Source: Candidatus Moraniibacteriota bacterium
Lineage (GTDB): Bacteria > Patescibacteriota > Minisyncoccia > Moranbacterales > DUUL01
Direction of reading: 5' to 3'
Assembly: GCA_027008775.1 (NCBI GenBank)
Contig: JALVDV010000004.1
Span: 24,544-88,543 of the forward strand
DNA: 64,000 nt
Position numbers and translations under genes: made by a program. This document shows, piece after piece, positions 8,608 through 18,919 of the stretch; positions within the stretch are counted from its first letter, which is position 1, and every line of letters begins with the position of its first letter. The notes under the pieces are model-generated. The model did no database searches. It had not been told where the DNA came from and saw only the letters and a program-made list of their open reading frames with translations.

Positions 8608-11311
8608 TTAGATTTTTTAGTTTGTTTTTTTGACCGGCTAATTTTTCTTTTTCTTTGTTAACGACTTCAGCGGGGGCCTTTTGCAGAAAATTTTTATTTT
8701 TCAATTTTTTTTCCAGAGAGGCGATAAATTTTTTGGTGACAGATATTTCTTTTTTAGTTTTTTCCCTTTCTTTTCTCAGATTTATAATGTTTTGCAAAGG
8801 GATATAGATTTCGGCTCCATTGAGAGCAAGAAAGTGAGCCTGCTCTATTTTTGCTCCTTGACTTTTAATCACTAATTCTTCAACGCCGGTTTGGAGGTTT
8901 TTAAGAATATTTACCTGCTCTTTCAAAAGAGAATGTTTTTCGGGACTGTAGATGATAACTTTAATCTTTTGCTGAGGAGAAAGTTTATACTCGGTGCGTG
9001 CTTTTCTGATTCCACTGACAATTTCTTGAAGAAGTTGGAAGTCTTGAGAGATTTCCTTTTTTAGGTTTGTTTTTTTTGCTTTTGGCCAAGGGGAAATCAG
9101 TAACAGTCCGGAGTCGGGAAACAGTTCTTGCTGGATTTCTTCAGTAACAAAAGGAATGAAAGGATGCCAAAGTTTGAGAAGGTTGACGAGAATGATGTGT
9201 AGAATTTGTTGTTTTTCCGGGAGATTATTTTCCACTTTGCTTATTTCCAAATACCAGTCAGCCAAGTCATTCCAGGTAAAATCTTTTAATTCTTGTCCGG
9301 CTGGAGAAAAGTTGTAGTTTTTGATTTGTTTGGTGACGGAGATGATAAGAGTTTGCAATTTTTGCAAAATCCATTTGTCCGCCAAGGTAAGTTTTTTGTT
9401 TTGTAAAAGTTGTTCTAAATTTTTTTGTTCATTCCCGATTTCACTGATTTGGAATTTGATTTCCATATAACGAGCAATATTCCACAATTTGTTTACCAGG
9501 TTGCGCATACCGACAAATTTTTCCGGACTGATTTTGATATTGTTACCGGGAGTATTGCCGATTAGCAGGGACAGGCGCAGAGCGTCAGTGCCGTATTCAT
9601 TTATTACTTCCAGCGGATCAATTCCGTTCCCTTTGGATTTGCTCATTTTTTGTCCCTGAGCGTCAAGAACCATACCGTGAAGATAGACGTTTTCAAATGG
9701 GATTTCTTCCAAAGCGAAAAGACTCATCATAATCATTCGGGAAACCCAAAGGGTGAGAATTTCATAACCGGTTTCCAAAACTTGGGTGGGGTGAAATTTG
9801 GCCAGGTCGCCGGTTTTTTGTCCGTTTTTGAAATTGTCCGGCCAGCCCAGGGTGGAAAAGGTCCACATTCCCGAAGAAAACCAAGTATCTAGAACGTCCG
9901 GATCTTGTATCCAGTTTTCCACGTCTTTCGGCGGTTTGGTGTTTACATATATTTCATCGCCCTTGTACCAAACCGGCAAACGGTGACCGAACCAAATTTG
10001 GCGGGAAATACACCAATCGTGCAAATTTTCCATCCAATGCAGATATCTTTTTTTGAAACGATTTGGAATGAATGATATTTCTTCTTTCTGAGCAACTTCC
10101 AGAGCTTTTTCTTGCAGAGACTTGTTGCCCAGACGGGGAATTTTTTTATGGACGGAAACGAACCATTGTTTGGAGGGCAACGGTTCAATGGTTGTTTGAC
10201 AGCGGTAACAAGTGGAAAGAGCGTTGTCAATTTCTTCCACTTTTTCCAAAAGTCCATTTTTCTTTAACTCTTTGACGACTTCCCGTCCGGCCTCCGAGGC
10301 GCTCAAGCCACTAAATCGGCCAAAGCCGGCGCGAATTTTCCCGTCTTCGTCAATTACTTTTTTGATTTCCAGTCGGTTATTTTCAGCCATTTTCCAGTCG
10401 GTCATAGAATGAGCCGGAGTTACGCCGACGGCGCCGGTGCCGAAATTCATATCAACTTCTCGCTCGGCAATCACCTTGATTTTTAAAGGGATGTTGCAAA
10501 ACTCGCCCTTAAATTCTTGCCCAATATACTTTTGGTAGCGTTTATCTTTGGGATTGACGGCTACGGCCGTGTCACCAAGTTTTGTTTCCGGACGAGTGGT
10601 GGCGATGGGGATGGGGAATTCTTGCCAGTAGCGAAAAGTATAAAGATTGGTTTTTTGTTCCCGGTGCTCCACTTCGTCGTCGGCGAGAGTGGAATGGCAA
10701 CGGGGACACCAGTTAACAATTCTTTCGCCGCGATAAATCACACCTTGGTGGTACATATCAACAAACATTTGCGCTACCGCTTTTTGTCTTGGTTTGTCCA
10801 AAGTAAAGGCCAAGCGAGACCAGTCCAGAGATGCTCCCATTTTGCGGATTTGTTTCAGGATGGTGTTCTGGGTTTTTTCCAAGAATTTCCAAACTTCTTG
10901 CAAAAATTTCTCTCGGCCAAGGTCGTGTCTGGTCAGACCTTTTTCTTGGAATAATTTTTTTTCCACAACGTTTTGTGTGGCGATGGCGGCGTGATCGGTG
11001 CCGGGAAGCCAAAGAGTGCGATAACCATTCATACGGTGAAAACGGATGAGTAAATCTTCAATGGCTAACATAGAAGAGTGACCGAGGTGTAGCTTATCAG
11101 TGATGTTTGGCGGGGGGAGGATGATGGTGTAGCTTTTGGCGTTTTCAGGTAAAGGTAGGTTGTCCGGATTGAAGTAGCCGGATTTTTCCCATTTTTGGTA
11201 GATTTTTTCTTCGCAATCGGCCGGATTGTAGGATTTGGCCAGTTCTTTCATAAGTAAGCAATTAACAACTGTTAACAAGGGGATACTAGCATAATGTTGG
11301 GCAAATTTCAA
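8582..11311 (-). CDS. valS: valyl-tRNA synthetase
   Basis: HIGH-type 'HLGHSSMLAIEDLLIRFHRMNGYRTLWLPGTDHAAIATQ', 'KMSKSKGN', C-terminal coiled coil; 909 aa. Confidence 0.95.
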   Translation of the reverse strand: MKFAQHYASIPLLTVVNCLLMKELAKSYNPADCEEKIYQKWEKSGYFNPDNLPLPENAKSYTIILPPPNITDKLHLGHSSMLAIEDLLIRFHRMNGYRTLWLPGTDHAAIATQNVVEKKLFQEKGLTRHDLGREKFLQEVWKFLEKTQNTILKQIRKMGASLDWSRLAFTLDKPRQKAVAQMFVDMYHQGVIYRGERIVNWCPRCHSTLADDEVEHREQKTNLYTFRYWQEFPIPIATTRPETKLGDTAVAVNPKDKRYQKYIGQEFKGEFCNIPLKIKVIAEREVDMNFGTGAVGVTPAHSMTDWKMAENNRLEIKKVIDEDGKIRAGFGRFSGLSASEAGREVVKELKKNGLLEKVEEIDNALSTCYRCQTTIEPLPSKQWFVSVHKKIPRLGNKSLQEKALEVAQKEEISFIPNRFKKRYLHWMENLHDWCISRQIWFGHRLPVWYKGDEIYVNTKPPKDVENWIQDPDVLDTWFSSGMWTFSTLGWPDNFKNGQKTGDLAKFHPTQVLETGYEILTLWVSRMIMMSLFALEEIPFENVYLHGMVLDAQGQKMSKSKGNGIDPLEVINEYGTDALRLSLLIGNTPGNNIKISPEKFVGMRNLVNKLWNIARYMEIKFQISEIGNEQKNLEQLLQNKKLTLADKWILQKLQTLIISVTKQIKNYNFSPAGQELKDFTWNDLADWYLEISKVENNLPEKQQILHIILVNLLKLWHPFIPFVTEEIQQELFPDSGLLLISPWPKAKKTNLKKEISQDFQLLQEIVSGIRKARTEYKLSPQQKIKVIIYSPEKHSLLKEQVNILKNLQTGVEELVIKSQGAKIEQAHFLALNGAEIYIPLQNIINLRKEREKTKKEISVTKKFIASLEKKLKNKNFLQKAPAEVVNKEKEKLAGQKNKLKNLNEYLEKIS

Positions 11312-11393
11312 CTTGACCAGAAGGGATTTTTGAATTTTACGAAGTGGTAGGATTTAAAAAATTTGCTGGAAATAGAATAGAATGTTCGGAATT

Positions 11394-12821
11394 TTAAGAC
11401 AGTTCCCTGATTATTTTTCTGACTTTGATGATTAAGTAAGAAAAGTGATATTTACTTGAATCTTGTTTTTGCTCTTCCGGCAGACTGGTCAAAGCCAGAG
11501 CCAACCAAAAGATTTTTTGTCCCTGACTGATTGTCCAAAAATAATGATCAAGAAAGGCTGCCAGTAAAACAACAATGAAAAAGAGTTTTAGAGGATGTTT
11601 TTTGAGGGAAGCGAGGGAAAAATTGGGACGAAGATAGAAAATGATAGAAAGAATGAAAAGCGCTAGCCCCGGCCAGCCAAGCTCAGCGGTTATTAAGAGG
11701 TACAAATTATGAACCGGTTGAATACGCCAGGAGGAAACTTGTTCTTGAATGATTTGTTTTTCCGTGGTGATAAAATTTCCCAGGCCAACTCCGGTAAGAG
11801 GGTGTTCTTTGATGATTTCTTGGGCGCTGGCGCGATAAATTTTTCGGAAAAAGAGAGATTTATCGTGGGGGCATTGAAAACAAAGGCGGGGGGCGATGAG
11901 GTTGTAAATCAAAAAGAGACTGCCGAGGCCAAGGCTGATTGCCAGGGTCGTCCGGAGAAAAGCAGGTACTTTGATTTTTCGGCAAAATTTTTGGTAAGTT
12001 TGCCAGAGTCGGTTTTTTTCCTGATAAAGAAAAGGGATAATGATTAACAATGAAAGGCCTATGGCGGTGCGAGAATAGGTTAGAAGCAGGGCGATGAAAA
12101 TTGAGAGCAATTCTAAAAGAAAAAGGAATTTGTAGGGCCAGCGCAGTTGTTTGAAAAGATTTTTTTTACTGATAATCAAACTGAAACCACTGGCCAGGGA
12201 GAAGACCAAAAAAATCCCCAGAACATTGGGGTGGGGAAAAGTTCCGTAGGCTCTGATAAATTTTTCTCCACCAAACTCAAAACGAGCCAGGCCGAGAATT
12301 TGCGGGCCGAGATGACTTTCGCCCAACCAAAAGAGACCCAGTGATTTTTGTTGGATAAATTGCCAAATAGCCAGAAAGGATTGAAAAACACCGGCAGTGA
12401 AAATGATGAATTTAGTGTAGGTTAAAATCGTGTATTGCCGGAGAAAATACCTGCTTAAAACAAAGAAAAGAAAGAGTTCGGAAAAGCGAAATATTTTATA
12501 AAGATTAAAACGGGAAAAGAAATTGCTCGGGTCGGCCAAGAAAAGAGAGATGGTAATCCAGAGGAAAAAATAAAAAAGAGGATTTTGAGAAAGGTTTTTT
12601 ATCTTCTTTTTGGGCGCTGAAAATAAATGTTGATGTTCCGACCAGAGAAATCCGAGCAGGAAAAAGATAAAAATAATATCAAAAAGATTTAAAAAAATGA
12701 GGTATTGTTCTTTGAAAAGAGAAAGGTTTTTAGTGCTGTCAAAATTAAAAATATAACGGATGTTAAAAGGAATAAGAAAGACCAGACAGTATAAAAGAAA
12801 GGTGTTTATTTTTTTGAGCAT
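11394..12821 (-). CDS. polytopic membrane protein, O-antigen ligase/polymerase (Wzy_C)-like
   Basis: More than 10 TM segments; 'TYSRTAIGLSLL' resembles the Wzy_C core. Confidence 0.45.
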   Translation of the reverse strand: MLKKINTFLLYCLVFLIPFNIRYIFNFDSTKNLSLFKEQYLIFLNLFDIIFIFFLLGFLWSEHQHLFSAPKKKIKNLSQNPLFYFFLWITISLFLADPSNFFSRFNLYKIFRFSELFLFFVLSRYFLRQYTILTYTKFIIFTAGVFQSFLAIWQFIQQKSLGLFWLGESHLGPQILGLARFEFGGEKFIRAYGTFPHPNVLGIFLVFSLASGFSLIISKKNLFKQLRWPYKFLFLLELLSIFIALLLTYSRTAIGLSLLIIIPFLYQEKNRLWQTYQKFCRKIKVPAFLRTTLAISLGLGSLFLIYNLIAPRLCFQCPHDKSLFFRKIYRASAQEIIKEHPLTGVGLGNFITTEKQIIQEQVSSWRIQPVHNLYLLITAELGWPGLALFILSIIFYLRPNFSLASLKKHPLKLFFIVVLLAAFLDHYFWTISQGQKIFWLALALTSLPEEQKQDSSKYHFSYLIIKVRKIIRELS

Positions 12822-12851
12822 AGACGGGGGTTATTGATTTACAGACTGCTT

Positions 12852-13196
12852 TTAACTGTTGTCTTGATGAAGACCCATAAAAATTCCCATTATGATCAGG
12901 CTGGCAAAAATTGCCAAGACAATAGCTTTTGATAGGGGGAAGAAGTTTTTGAGATCGTATAAAGAGGCCACAAAGAGTACTGCCAGAGTGCCCAAGAAGA
13001 GGGAAAATATTTGGTAAATAGGAACGTACTTCATTTTTGCTTTGACGACAATCGGCCAACAGATAAGAAAAACAGCCAAATCAACAAATGACCAGAGGAC
13101 GAAAGAGAGTAGGCTGCCGAAAGCCAATTGTAGGACGGCGATTAAGGAAAAAAAGATAATAGGCAAGATGAAGAAGTATCTAACGGGAGAGTACAT
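12852..13196 (-). CDS. small hypothetical membrane protein
   Basis: Three TM helices; ORF only. Confidence 0.4.
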   Translation of the reverse strand: MYSPVRYFFILPIIFFSLIAVLQLAFGSLLSFVLWSFVDLAVFLICWPIVVKAKMKYVPIYQIFSLFLGTLAVLFVASLYDLKNFFPLSKAIVLAIFASLIIMGIFMGLHQDNS

Positions 13197-13361
13197 TTGT
13201 TATTGAGTAATAATATTTGTCTAAAGATTGTTACAATTCGTTTCTTTGTTTTGTTTGCGGGTTTTTCTTGTTGTTAAATTTAACATAGCCGGAAGTTTTT
13301 GTCTATAAAGAAGAAAAAGTTGTTTTGTGGATTTTTATGGGGACGGAAGAGTGTTTAATTT

Positions 13362-13390
13362 TTGGCGATTTTGAAAACTTGGGCTATAAT
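13362..13390 (+). promoter_or_regulatory. sigma70-like promoter TTGGCG-17-TATAAT
   Basis: Hexamers and spacing read directly; about 40 nt upstream of the 13432 ORF. Confidence 0.45.
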
Positions 13391-13431
13391 GAGTGAAAGT
13401 TTTCTTGAGATAAATTTTAAAAAGTACACAA

Positions 13432-14652
13432 ATGAAAAGCAATAAAATTTTGTGGGGGGCGGTGTTGGTTTTTTTATTGTCTCTGGGGGCTTTTGTTTTT
13501 GTTAACAGGAAATCCGCGCGCAAGGGAATGCCGATTGTGGTTGACAATACACAGAAAAAACAAGAGGAGAAAATAGAGCCTTTTGTTTTGAAAGAGGGAA
13601 TGAGTCCTATCAGCGGAGTGGAGTGCGAGAATTGGAAGAGACGACCGTTTGCCATAATGTATTCCGGTGATATGGATGCGCGCCGGAATTTTCGAGCCTT
13701 GTCGCAAGCGGATTTTGTCTTGGAAATGGATCATCGGCCGATGCATGGGCAACCACGAGTGATGGGTGTTTTCCAGTGCGCTACACCGACAGCGATGGGG
13801 CCGATGCGTTCCGGGCGAACTGATCATATTTCAGTGGCTGCTTCGTTGGATGCCATTTATGTTCCTTGGGGCGGTTCCAGTGTCGGGAAGAATTTGTTAA
13901 AAAAACATTTGGTTGATCATATTGACTGTAATGGTGAGGTGCCACCGATTGGTTATCCGCCGGCTTGTCGTAAAGATGCTTCTTTGTTGGTGGCGCCTTT
14001 GCGCAGCGCCGGTCCGGCTTTTTCTAACTTGGCGGAATTGATTAAAATTGCTAAGGCGAACAATTATCGTTTGGTTAATAAAGGAAAAGGCTTTCATCAT
14101 CAGGCTGATTTACCTCGGGAGAAAAGGCCGGCTTTTGGGCAGGTTAATGTTAAGGTGGTTTATCCTTATCGGGTGATGTATAAATATGATCCGGAAACAA
14201 ACTCTTACAAAAGATTTTTGATAAAGAAAGAAGGGGCGATACCAAAGCCTGATATTGACCAGGCCAACAAAAAGCAATATGCGCCTAAAAATATTATTAC
14301 CATTATCACCAAGAAGGAGGCGTGGAAAACCGATATAGATTACAAAGGACAAGGCTTAATGGATCCTTGGGAGGGGATTGACGAAGAGCATCGCCAGAGA
14401 GATAACGGACAGTATCCTAACTTTCAGTTGGGTGATCCTTGGTTTGACACCAAGTTTGAAGGACCGGCGCGATTTTTCTTTAATGGACAAGATGTGAAAG
14501 GGATTTGGAAAAAAGAGAAGGGCGCGGATAAACCTTTTAGATTTTATGACGACAAGGGTCAGCCGATTGAATTTGTTCCCGGTCAGATTTGGATGCATGT
14601 TTTGCCACAAGATCGCAGTGTCAGTTATTATGACGAACCAAGTTCCAAGTAG
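13432..14652 (+). CDS. hypothetical N-terminally membrane-anchored exported protein (possibly DUF3048-like)
   Basis: N-terminal TM 'ILWGAVLVFLLSLGAFVFV'. About 52% GC, against about 30% in neighbouring membrane-protein genes. Confidence 0.35.
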   Translation: MKSNKILWGAVLVFLLSLGAFVFVNRKSARKGMPIVVDNTQKKQEEKIEPFVLKEGMSPISGVECENWKRRPFAIMYSGDMDARRNFRALSQADFVLEMDHRPMHGQPRVMGVFQCATPTAMGPMRSGRTDHISVAASLDAIYVPWGGSSVGKNLLKKHLVDHIDCNGEVPPIGYPPACRKDASLLVAPLRSAGPAFSNLAELIKIAKANNYRLVNKGKGFHHQADLPREKRPAFGQVNVKVVYPYRVMYKYDPETNSYKRFLIKKEGAIPKPDIDQANKKQYAPKNIITIITKKEAWKTDIDYKGQGLMDPWEGIDEEHRQRDNGQYPNFQLGDPWFDTKFEGPARFFFNGQDVKGIWKKEKGADKPFRFYDDKGQPIEFVPGQIWMHVLPQDRSVSYYDEPSSK

Positions 14653-14715
14653 TTTTGCTTTTTACGGGTTGACTAAATTTTTTGTGATGTTGGGCTGTTA
14701 ATGAGCGGATTTTGC

Positions 14716-14744
14716 TTGCAATTTGTTTATTTTTGTGGTAGAGT
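14716..14744 (+). promoter_or_regulatory. promoter TTGCAA-17-TAGAGT
   Basis: Read directly; followed by SD AAAGGAGGG before the ATG at 14804. Confidence 0.45.
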
Positions 14745-14803
14745 ACTTTACTGACTAGTTCTTTTGAAATAGAATAAAAAATATTAATAAAGGAGGGTTG
14801 TAG

Positions 14804-15073
14804 ATGGAAGAGTTTATAGAAAAGATTCTGGCTGCTATGCTTGGGGGAGCTATTTTTGTCGTGGGATTGATTTTTTTTCTTATTGCTATCGTCGCTTGGT
14901 TCTTTGCGGCGACGATGAATACAGTTTACTTTTTTGCTCCTATTGCAGTAGTTGCAATGGGAGTGGGGGCTTTTTTATTTTTTGAAGGGATTTTTATTGA
15001 AAAGCTTTCCAGTTTTTCGCGGAAGCTCTTAAAAATAGTAGAGGGGATTATTGACTTCGTCCCTCATCGCTAA
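14804..15073 (+). CDS. small hypothetical membrane protein (89 aa, 2 TM)
   Basis: Strong SD and promoter upstream, strong terminator downstream. Confidence 0.5.
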   Translation: MEEFIEKILAAMLGGAIFVVGLIFFLIAIVAWFFAATMNTVYFFAPIAVVAMGVGAFLFFEGIFIEKLSSFSRKLLKIVEGIIDFVPHR

Positions 15074-15080
15074 GTTTTTT

Positions 15081-15124
15081 GACCCGTCGGCTCTAATCAG
15101 CCGGCGGGTCGTTTTTATTTTTTG
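15081..15124 (+). terminator. Rho-independent terminator GACCCGTCGGCT-ctaatc-AGCCGGCGGGTC followed by GTTTTTATTTTTT
   Basis: GC-rich 12-bp stem (one mismatch) plus U-tract. Confidence 0.85.
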
Positions 15125-15377
15125 GGTTTTATATTTTATGGCGGAGTGATAAGTTGGGGAAGTGAAGTAGTTTTGATTTAGGGAAGTCTCTATTTGTTGA
15201 TTGTGAAAGCGAGGTTTTTCTATTTTTTTCTTGCTTAGGGGGAATAAATAATTTACACTGAAGGAAAGAAATTTTTGTCTAGAACAGGCTTAGCAGTTTA
15301 AATCAGTTTAGTGTTATTTGGTGGCAGGATTTTAACGGTAAAAAAATTATTTTGAAAAATTTAATCAATGATAATTT

Positions 15378-16343
15378 ATGAAATTTTGGTACGGGGCGGA
15401 AAAGTTTTTAATTTGGTCTAATTTAATGGACCTGAAAAAAGAGTTTCAAATGGAAAATCCCAAGGGAGAGATAAAGGAGTTTGATTTTGAGGAAATATCG
15501 GCGAATGAGGTTGAAGAAAAGAATTTTCAGCAGAATGATTTGTTTGCGACTGAAAAATTATTGATTTTTCGCAATGTTTTAACTTTGCCGACGGGTGAGC
15601 AAAAAAAGATAAAAGAATTTTTGCAAAAAGAGCGATTATGTCGGCGAGAGGATTTGACGGTTGTCTTCGTGGAATTAAGTGAGAAGAAAAAAAGTGCTTT
15701 GAGTGGCATTCTGGCCAGATATTTAAAGCAACAAGGAGAATTTAAGGAATTTAAAAAACTGACTGAGGAGCAATTACGACAGTGGATCAATGCTGAATTT
15801 TTGAAGAGAAGCGAGAAAAAGGTGACAGTGGAGATAATAGCTATCAATGAGCTGATTAAAATTACTCAAGCCAATCTCTGGCAAATTTCCCAGGAGATAG
15901 ACAAGCTGATCGCTTTTTTGGAGAAAGGACAAGTTGATTTGGATTTGGTACAGAATTTGTGTTCGGGTAAGCTGGAGGCAAAAATTTTTGACTTGGTTAA
16001 TGCCATTGGAGAAAAAAATAAACAAAAGGCTCTGCTATTGAAAGAGCGTTTGTTGGAACAGGGGGAAAATGAATTTTATATTTTCACGATGATTGTTTTT
16101 CAGTTGAGAAATTTTTTGAAAGTGGCAGAATGTTTGCGAAAAGGATACAAGGAGCCGAGGGTTATCAAAGAAAAAACCGGATTGCATCCTTTTGTTTTGC
16201 AAAAGACTTTGCGAAATATGGGCGGCTTTCCTTTGAGGAGAATAAAAGCCATTTATCAGTTAGTGGCCAATTTGGACAAAAAGAGCAAACAAGGCAAGTT
16301 GAAAATGGAAGAGGCTTTGGATAATTTGATTTTGCGGATTTAG
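15378..16343 (+). CDS. holA: DNA polymerase III delta subunit-like (HolA); true start may be the internal ATG near 15426
   Basis: 'IFDLVNAIGEKNKQKALLL...LLEQGENEFYIFTMIVFQLRNFL' and 'TGLHPFVLQKTLRNMGGFPLRRIKAIYQL' match the HolA C-terminal domain pattern. Confidence 0.6.
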   Translation: MKFWYGAEKFLIWSNLMDLKKEFQMENPKGEIKEFDFEEISANEVEEKNFQQNDLFATEKLLIFRNVLTLPTGEQKKIKEFLQKERLCRREDLTVVFVELSEKKKSALSGILARYLKQQGEFKEFKKLTEEQLRQWINAEFLKRSEKKVTVEIIAINELIKITQANLWQISQEIDKLIAFLEKGQVDLDLVQNLCSGKLEAKIFDLVNAIGEKNKQKALLLKERLLEQGENEFYIFTMIVFQLRNFLKVAECLRKGYKEPRVIKEKTGLHPFVLQKTLRNMGGFPLRRIKAIYQLVANLDKKSKQGKLKMEEALDNLILRI

Positions 16344-16381
16344 TTTTAGAGTTCAATGGGAAAGAAAGGAGGAGGTTGTTT

Positions 16382-16410
16382 TTGACTTTTCTTTTTTTAG
16401 GGGTTAAACT
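16382..16410 (+). promoter_or_regulatory. promoter TTGACT-17-TAAACT upstream of gatC
   Basis: Read directly. Confidence 0.45.
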
Positions 16411-16452
16411 CTAGGATGTAATTGGAGAAGTTTTTAAAAGTAAAGCAAACGG

Positions 16453-16770
16453 ATGACGGAAAAAGTTATAACAATAAAAGACGTTGAATATACAGCTGAC
16501 CTGGCGCGGATAGAGATGACGGCCGAGGAGTTAAAAAAAATGACTGAAGATTTGAACGGAGTGTTGGCTTATTTTAAAGATTTGCAGGAGGCGGATACTT
16601 CAGCGGTAAAAAAAGTCAATCATTATGAAATGGTGGAAGGAGAGAGAAATCATTTTCGGGAGGATGAAGTGGAGCCGGCCAAGAAGGAGGTAGAAGGGAT
16701 TATTAAGGATAACTTTCCGGAAAGAAGTGGAGACTTTTTGGCGGTCAGATCGGTTTTGGATAAAAAATAA
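16453..16770 (+). CDS. gatC: aspartyl/glutamyl-tRNA(Asn/Gln) amidotransferase subunit C
   Basis: ~100 aa, 'EVEYTADLARIEMTAEELKKMTEDLNGVLAYFKDLQEADTSAVK'; immediately precedes gatA. Confidence 0.85.
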   Translation: MTEKVITIKDVEYTADLARIEMTAEELKKMTEDLNGVLAYFKDLQEADTSAVKKVNHYEMVEGERNHFREDEVEPAKKEVEGIIKDNFPERSGDFLAVRSVLDKK

Positions 16771-16821
16771 TTGTTACGGCGGGCTTTTGGTCTAGTCCTT
16801 ATTAAAAGAAAACAGGTTAGT

Positions 16822-18270
16822 ATGATAAAAAAATTACACCAAAAAATTCAAAAAGGCGAAGTTTCCAGCGAGGAAATTTGTGGGAGCTATTTGGCAAATG
16901 TTGCCGATAAAGATAGAGAGATAAACGCTTTTTTAGATGTTTTTGATAAGGAGGAAATACTTGAACAGGCCAGGCAAGTTGATGAGAAAGTCAAACAGGG
17001 GAAAGAGATAAGTTTGCTGGAGGGAATCCCTTGCGCAATCAAGGATGTGATAAATATCCAAGGAAAAAAGACTACCGCCGCTTCCAAGATGATGGAAAAT
17101 TATGTTGCGCCCAATGATGCCGGAGTGATAGAAAGGTTGAAAAAGGAAGGCGCGATTTTTTTGGGCAAAACAAATTTGGATGAGTTTGCCATGGGTGCTT
17201 CCACAGAAAATTCCGCTTTTGGCATTACGAAAAATCCTTATGATTTGGAAAGAGTTTCCGGTGGAAGTTCTGGCGGTTCGGCGGCGGCGGTGGCGGCAGA
17301 AATGGCTCCTTGGGCTTTGGGAACAGACACGGGTGGCTCCATTAGGCAACCGTCAGCTTTTTGTGGGGTGGTCGGTTTCAAGGGTACCTACGGTCAAGTT
17401 TCTCGTTGGGGGGTGTTTCCGATGGCGACCAGTTATGATCAGGTTGGACCAATTGCTCAGTCAGTGGAAGATGCGGCCATTATTTTTAAAACGATTGCCG
17501 GAAAGGATGAACGAGATAATACAACCATTGAAAAAAGCGGGCAGGTGGGCGAGTTGGAAGAGTTGAGAGGTGATTTAACAGGACGACGCATCGGTTATGT
17601 TAAAGAATTTTTTGAGAAAGAAGGTCTGGATAAGGATGTTAAGGAAATTGTGGAGCGGAGAATTAAAGAAGCGGAAAAAGCCGGCGCCAAAGTGGTGGAA
17701 ATTGAGTTGCCAAACTTTAAATATTCTTTGGCTACTTATTACCTGATGATTACTTCTGAAGTCAGTTCCAATATGGCCAGAATTGATGGAATAAGGTTTG
17801 GTTTAAATGAAGGGCTGTTGCCCGATTCGGAGAGCAAGAGCTTACTGGATATTTACAAAAAGTCGCGAGCTCTGGGCTTGGGAGCGGAAGTAAAAAGGCG
17901 GATTATTTTGGGAACTTACGCTTTGTCGGCCGGTTATTATGATGCTTATTACAAAAAGGCGCAGGCGGTGCGAGAGTTGATTAAGAACGATTTAAAAAAG
18001 GCTTTTGTGGAAGTTGATTGTATTATTGCGCCCACCTCGCCGACACCGGCTTTTAAGATAGGCGATAAAATCGAGAATCCCTTGGCGATGTATTTGGCGG
18101 ATATTTATACGGTGACAGCCAATGTTGGTATGATACCGGCTATTTCCATTCCGGCCGGTTGGGCGGAAAGGGATGGAAAAAAATTGCCGGTGGGAATGCA
18201 GTTGTTGGGTAGATGGTGGGATGACTGGAAATTATTGGATATAGCCAAAGGAATGGAATTGGGTGAGTAG
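16822..18270 (+). CDS. gatA: aspartyl/glutamyl-tRNA amidotransferase subunit A
   Basis: Amidase signature 'GGSSGGSAAAVAAEM', 'GTDTGGSIRQP'. Start taken at ATG 16822; the ORF is open from 16771 (TTG). No gatB adjacent. Confidence 0.93.
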   Translation: MIKKLHQKIQKGEVSSEEICGSYLANVADKDREINAFLDVFDKEEILEQARQVDEKVKQGKEISLLEGIPCAIKDVINIQGKKTTAASKMMENYVAPNDAGVIERLKKEGAIFLGKTNLDEFAMGASTENSAFGITKNPYDLERVSGGSSGGSAAAVAAEMAPWALGTDTGGSIRQPSAFCGVVGFKGTYGQVSRWGVFPMATSYDQVGPIAQSVEDAAIIFKTIAGKDERDNTTIEKSGQVGELEELRGDLTGRRIGYVKEFFEKEGLDKDVKEIVERRIKEAEKAGAKVVEIELPNFKYSLATYYLMITSEVSSNMARIDGIRFGLNEGLLPDSESKSLLDIYKKSRALGLGAEVKRRIILGTYALSAGYYDAYYKKAQAVRELIKNDLKKAFVEVDCIIAPTSPTPAFKIGDKIENPLAMYLADIYTVTANVGMIPAISIPAGWAERDGKKLPVGMQLLGRWWDDWKLLDIAKGMELGE

Positions 18271-18299
18271 TTAAGATGTGAGAATTTTTCAACAAAAAA

Positions 18300-18327
18300 A
18301 CGAGCTCGGTCGAGCCCGTTTTTTTAT
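18300..18327. terminator. bidirectional terminator (A-tract, imperfect CGAGCTC/GAGCCCG hairpin, T-tract) between convergent gatA and the excalibur gene
   Basis: AAAAAAACGAGCTCGGTCGAGCCCGTTTTTTT read directly. Confidence 0.6.
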
Positions 18328-18338
18328 TAGTTGAAGAT

Positions 18339-18803
18339 CTATTTAGTTTGGTGTTTGAGCCAATTTTGGCGGGAAGGTAGATTTTGACAGGCGACACCGT
18401 TTTTGTCTCTGTCTAGGCCGTGAACGTCAAGGCCGTTTTTAGCGCATTTTTCGTAAACCGCCTGAGCTTCTTCTTGGTACTTGAAGTCGGAGCAGTTGTA
18501 GTTGTAAGTTTGTTTGGGGTCGCACATAGCTCCCATAATTAGGTTGCCGTTTTCATCACGAGCAACTTTTGATTCGGACCAAGAATGAGTTTTGGCGAAT
18601 TTACCCAGGTCAATATCGTTATTTCCGGCTTCCAAACCCAAGGCTACCAACAAAAGCAAAATAAGTCCGGCTATAAACAGGCGTCCTTTTTTCCAAAACC
18701 AAAAAAGAAAGCCGGCAATGATTAACAAGGCGACAATTAAAAAGAGACGGAACTTTTTATTGCGCCTGAGGCCGCTAACCTGGCGGGAATTTTTTTTGTT
18801 CAT
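18339..18803 (-). CDS. membrane-anchored excalibur (extracellular calcium-binding) domain protein
   Basis: '[39 protein letters not shown]' matches the excalibur consensus DxDxDGxxCE. N-terminal TM. Confidence 0.7.
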   Translation of the reverse strand: MNKKNSRQVSGLRRNKKFRLFLIVALLIIAGFLFWFWKKGRLFIAGLILLLLVALGLEAGNNDIDLGKFAKTHSWSESKVARDENGNLIMGAMCDPKQTYNYNCSDFKYQEEAQAVYEKCAKNGLDVHGLDRDKNGVACQNLPSRQNWLKHQTK

Positions 18804-18919
18804 TTTTTTGCTTTAATTTTTTTTCATTGTAACATTTTCTTTTCTGTGTTACAATGGCTGACCAGGCGTGTTTATTGGGGAGCCGATTAAAAGCAATTTG
18901 TTTAAATGTTTTTGGGAAT

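Noticed and set aside
13432-14652. High GC of the putative DUF3048-like gene as evidence of horizontal transfer
   Set aside because: Other conserved genes here (valS, gatA) show similarly elevated GC relative to membrane-protein genes, so GC alone is not diagnostic in this genome.
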